A stretch of DNA of 63,027 nt, counting the filler, from Pelomyxa schiedti (Eukaryota > Protista > Evosea), in the NCBI GenBank assembly GCA_020536535.1. It is 11 parts of 11 records of this genome, joined end to end, with 100 filler letters (N's around TTAATTAATTAA, not from the genome) between each part and the next. Parts side by side here need not be neighbours in the genome. Positions count along the whole stretch, not along the records: positions 61,822 to 63,027 come from JAHLWZ010002699.1; 10 more parts are not named here. One strand, given 5' to 3'. This document shows, piece by piece, positions 61,823 through 63,027 of this stretch (its first letter is position 1; the number at the start of each line of letters is the position of its first letter). A program made the translations under genes and the position numbers. The notes under the pieces are model-generated. The model saw only the letters and a program-made list of their open reading frames with translations. It had not been told where the DNA came from and searched no databases.

Positions 61823-62605
61823 AAAGCGGCAACGAGGGAACTCAACCAACTTGGCTCGATGGTGACCTCGACCACGCCCCGTCAGGCACAGAAGCTGTTT
61901 GTTGACAACACAACCGGAAAAGTGTACTGGGGCAGTGACTACCACACTCAGATGCTGATGGAGTTTGAAAGTATGACCAGCTTCATCAACAACGGCAACC
62001 CAAGACAGTTCACACTCAAGGACGTGCTCCCCTACCCCGGCGGCACATACCAGGCAGTGCACAACGGCCACGTGTACTGCACCCCAGCCAATGCAGCCAC
62101 TATGACCAAGGTGCGCGTGAGTGACGGGTCAACAGTAGCAACTGCACCACTCCAAAACGCAGGCCACTCAAACCAATCACAGTGGAGCTGGGGTGGATGG
62201 ACAGACAACTGCTGGTATGTTGATGCAGGGGGTGTGCTGTTCGTGGTCCACGCACCACCCAACAACGGCAACATACACATCACGAGGGTGGACCCTGACG
62301 ACCTCGCCATCTTGCAGACGTGGACTGTCCCTCGCATCAAGGCAGGTACAGGATATGCATTTGTTGTGTGTGGGAAGTTCTACTTTGGAAAGTCGCACAA
62401 CAGCAACGAAATCGACGGGGTGTTTGACACCACAACTGGTGTTTATGATTACACTTACAGAAACTCACTCCCAACGGTTGGCAATTACGTGAGGTGGACT
62501 TCCTGGATTCCATCAACAAACCAGCTCCTCGTTGTTGACTCACCCGACAACACAGGCGCAGACTCAGAGTTCCACGTCTTCCTCTTTGATAATGCAGCTC
62601 TGTAG
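61823..62605 (+). CDS. Olfactomedin-like domain protein, 5'-partial
   Basis: LQNAGHSNQSQWSWGGWTDNCWYVDAGGVLFVVH...GNIHITRVDPDDLAILQTW...AGTGYAFVVCGKFY...FDTTTG matches the olfactomedin pattern (AG-WGG-D-VD-GNI-LDP-TW-AF-CG-Y-FDT). The frame is open back to the gap. Confidence 0.85.
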   Translation, partial: KAATRELNQLGSMVTSTTPRQAQKLFVDNTTGKVYWGSDYHTQMLMEFESMTSFINNGNPRQFTLKDVLPYPGGTYQAVHNGHVYCTPANAATMTKVRVSDGSTVATAPLQNAGHSNQSQWSWGGWTDNCWYVDAGGVLFVVHAPPNNGNIHITRVDPDDLAILQTWTVPRIKAGTGYAFVVCGKFYFGKSHNSNEIDGVFDTTTGVYDYTYRNSLPTVGNYVRWTSWIPSTNQLLVVDSPDNTGADSEFHVFLFDNAAL

Positions 62606-62725
62606 GGAAAAAAAAAGGATCTGTTGTTTTCTTCCTTTGGCACCAAGACTTCTTTCTAGTTTTGGTGCCAAGGAATGTGTTTGTAGTGAACATGCTAATG
62701 GGTGGTAGGTGGCTGGTCAACAGAC

Positions 62726-63027
62726 TCAGGTGAGGTCAACAATATCTTTGGTGGGGGGTGGTCCAGGGGCAGCCTCGTCTTGATGGTGGTAGTCGGCATT
62801 TGGGAATACACTTACAATGTGGCCTTTACCAAGGCATGTAGTGGCAATGATGTTGAAGTACTCGTCGATGCAGAGGCCTTCAAAGGGGCACGGCTGAGAA
62901 CACAGTGGGCACTTCCATTTCTCATTGATCCGGTCTTTGTTGATTGAGAGGAACCTGTTGGGAATTACTCCTCAGGAGGACAATAAATAAATGGATGTAC
63001 GCTAGGAGGTCGAAGCACTGCAAATGC
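62726..63027 (-). CDS. 3' end of SP-RING (MIZ zinc finger) protein, PIAS/Siz-type SUMO E3 ligase-like
   Basis: HLQCFDLLA|FLSINKDRINEKWKCPLCSQ...LCIDEYF, ending in a SIM-like IVDLT*. Confidence 0.85.

Overview
This is intron-rich eukaryotic (protist) genomic scaffold, not prokaryotic DNA: it carries the spliceosomal factor SLU7 and many short GT-AG introns, some with CTAAC branch points. The lineage-specific families recall an amoebozoan such as Pelomyxa; that is a recollection and has not been checked. Eleven 100-nt N gaps, ten with an artificial TTAATTAATTAA six-frame-stop linker, split it into contigs. Recognisable genes are SLU7, a PTEN-C2-PH phosphatase, a DH-PH-FYVE RhoGEF, an ankyrin-kinase, an ankyrin-repeat protein, two pentapeptide-repeat proteins (one BTB-fused, one apparently fused to a Gly-rich ALK/LTK-like domain), three F-box genes, a Hint-domain protein, an olfactomedin-domain protein, the 3' end of an SP-RING SUMO ligase, and at least five members of an uncharacterised Gly2-starting (MG...) family. 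The most striking structure is the 8.46-kb contig at 5230-13689. It is bounded by perfect 121-bp inverted repeats with TGT...ACA ends and consists of two diverged Ty3/Gypsy-like units joined tail-to-tail. Each unit begins with a homologous, intron-containing unknown gene whose start codon lies inside the inverted repeat, followed by gag and pol. Both pol regions are decayed, and an assembly artefact for the termini cannot be excluded. Exon boundaries were inferred by eye and are approximate.
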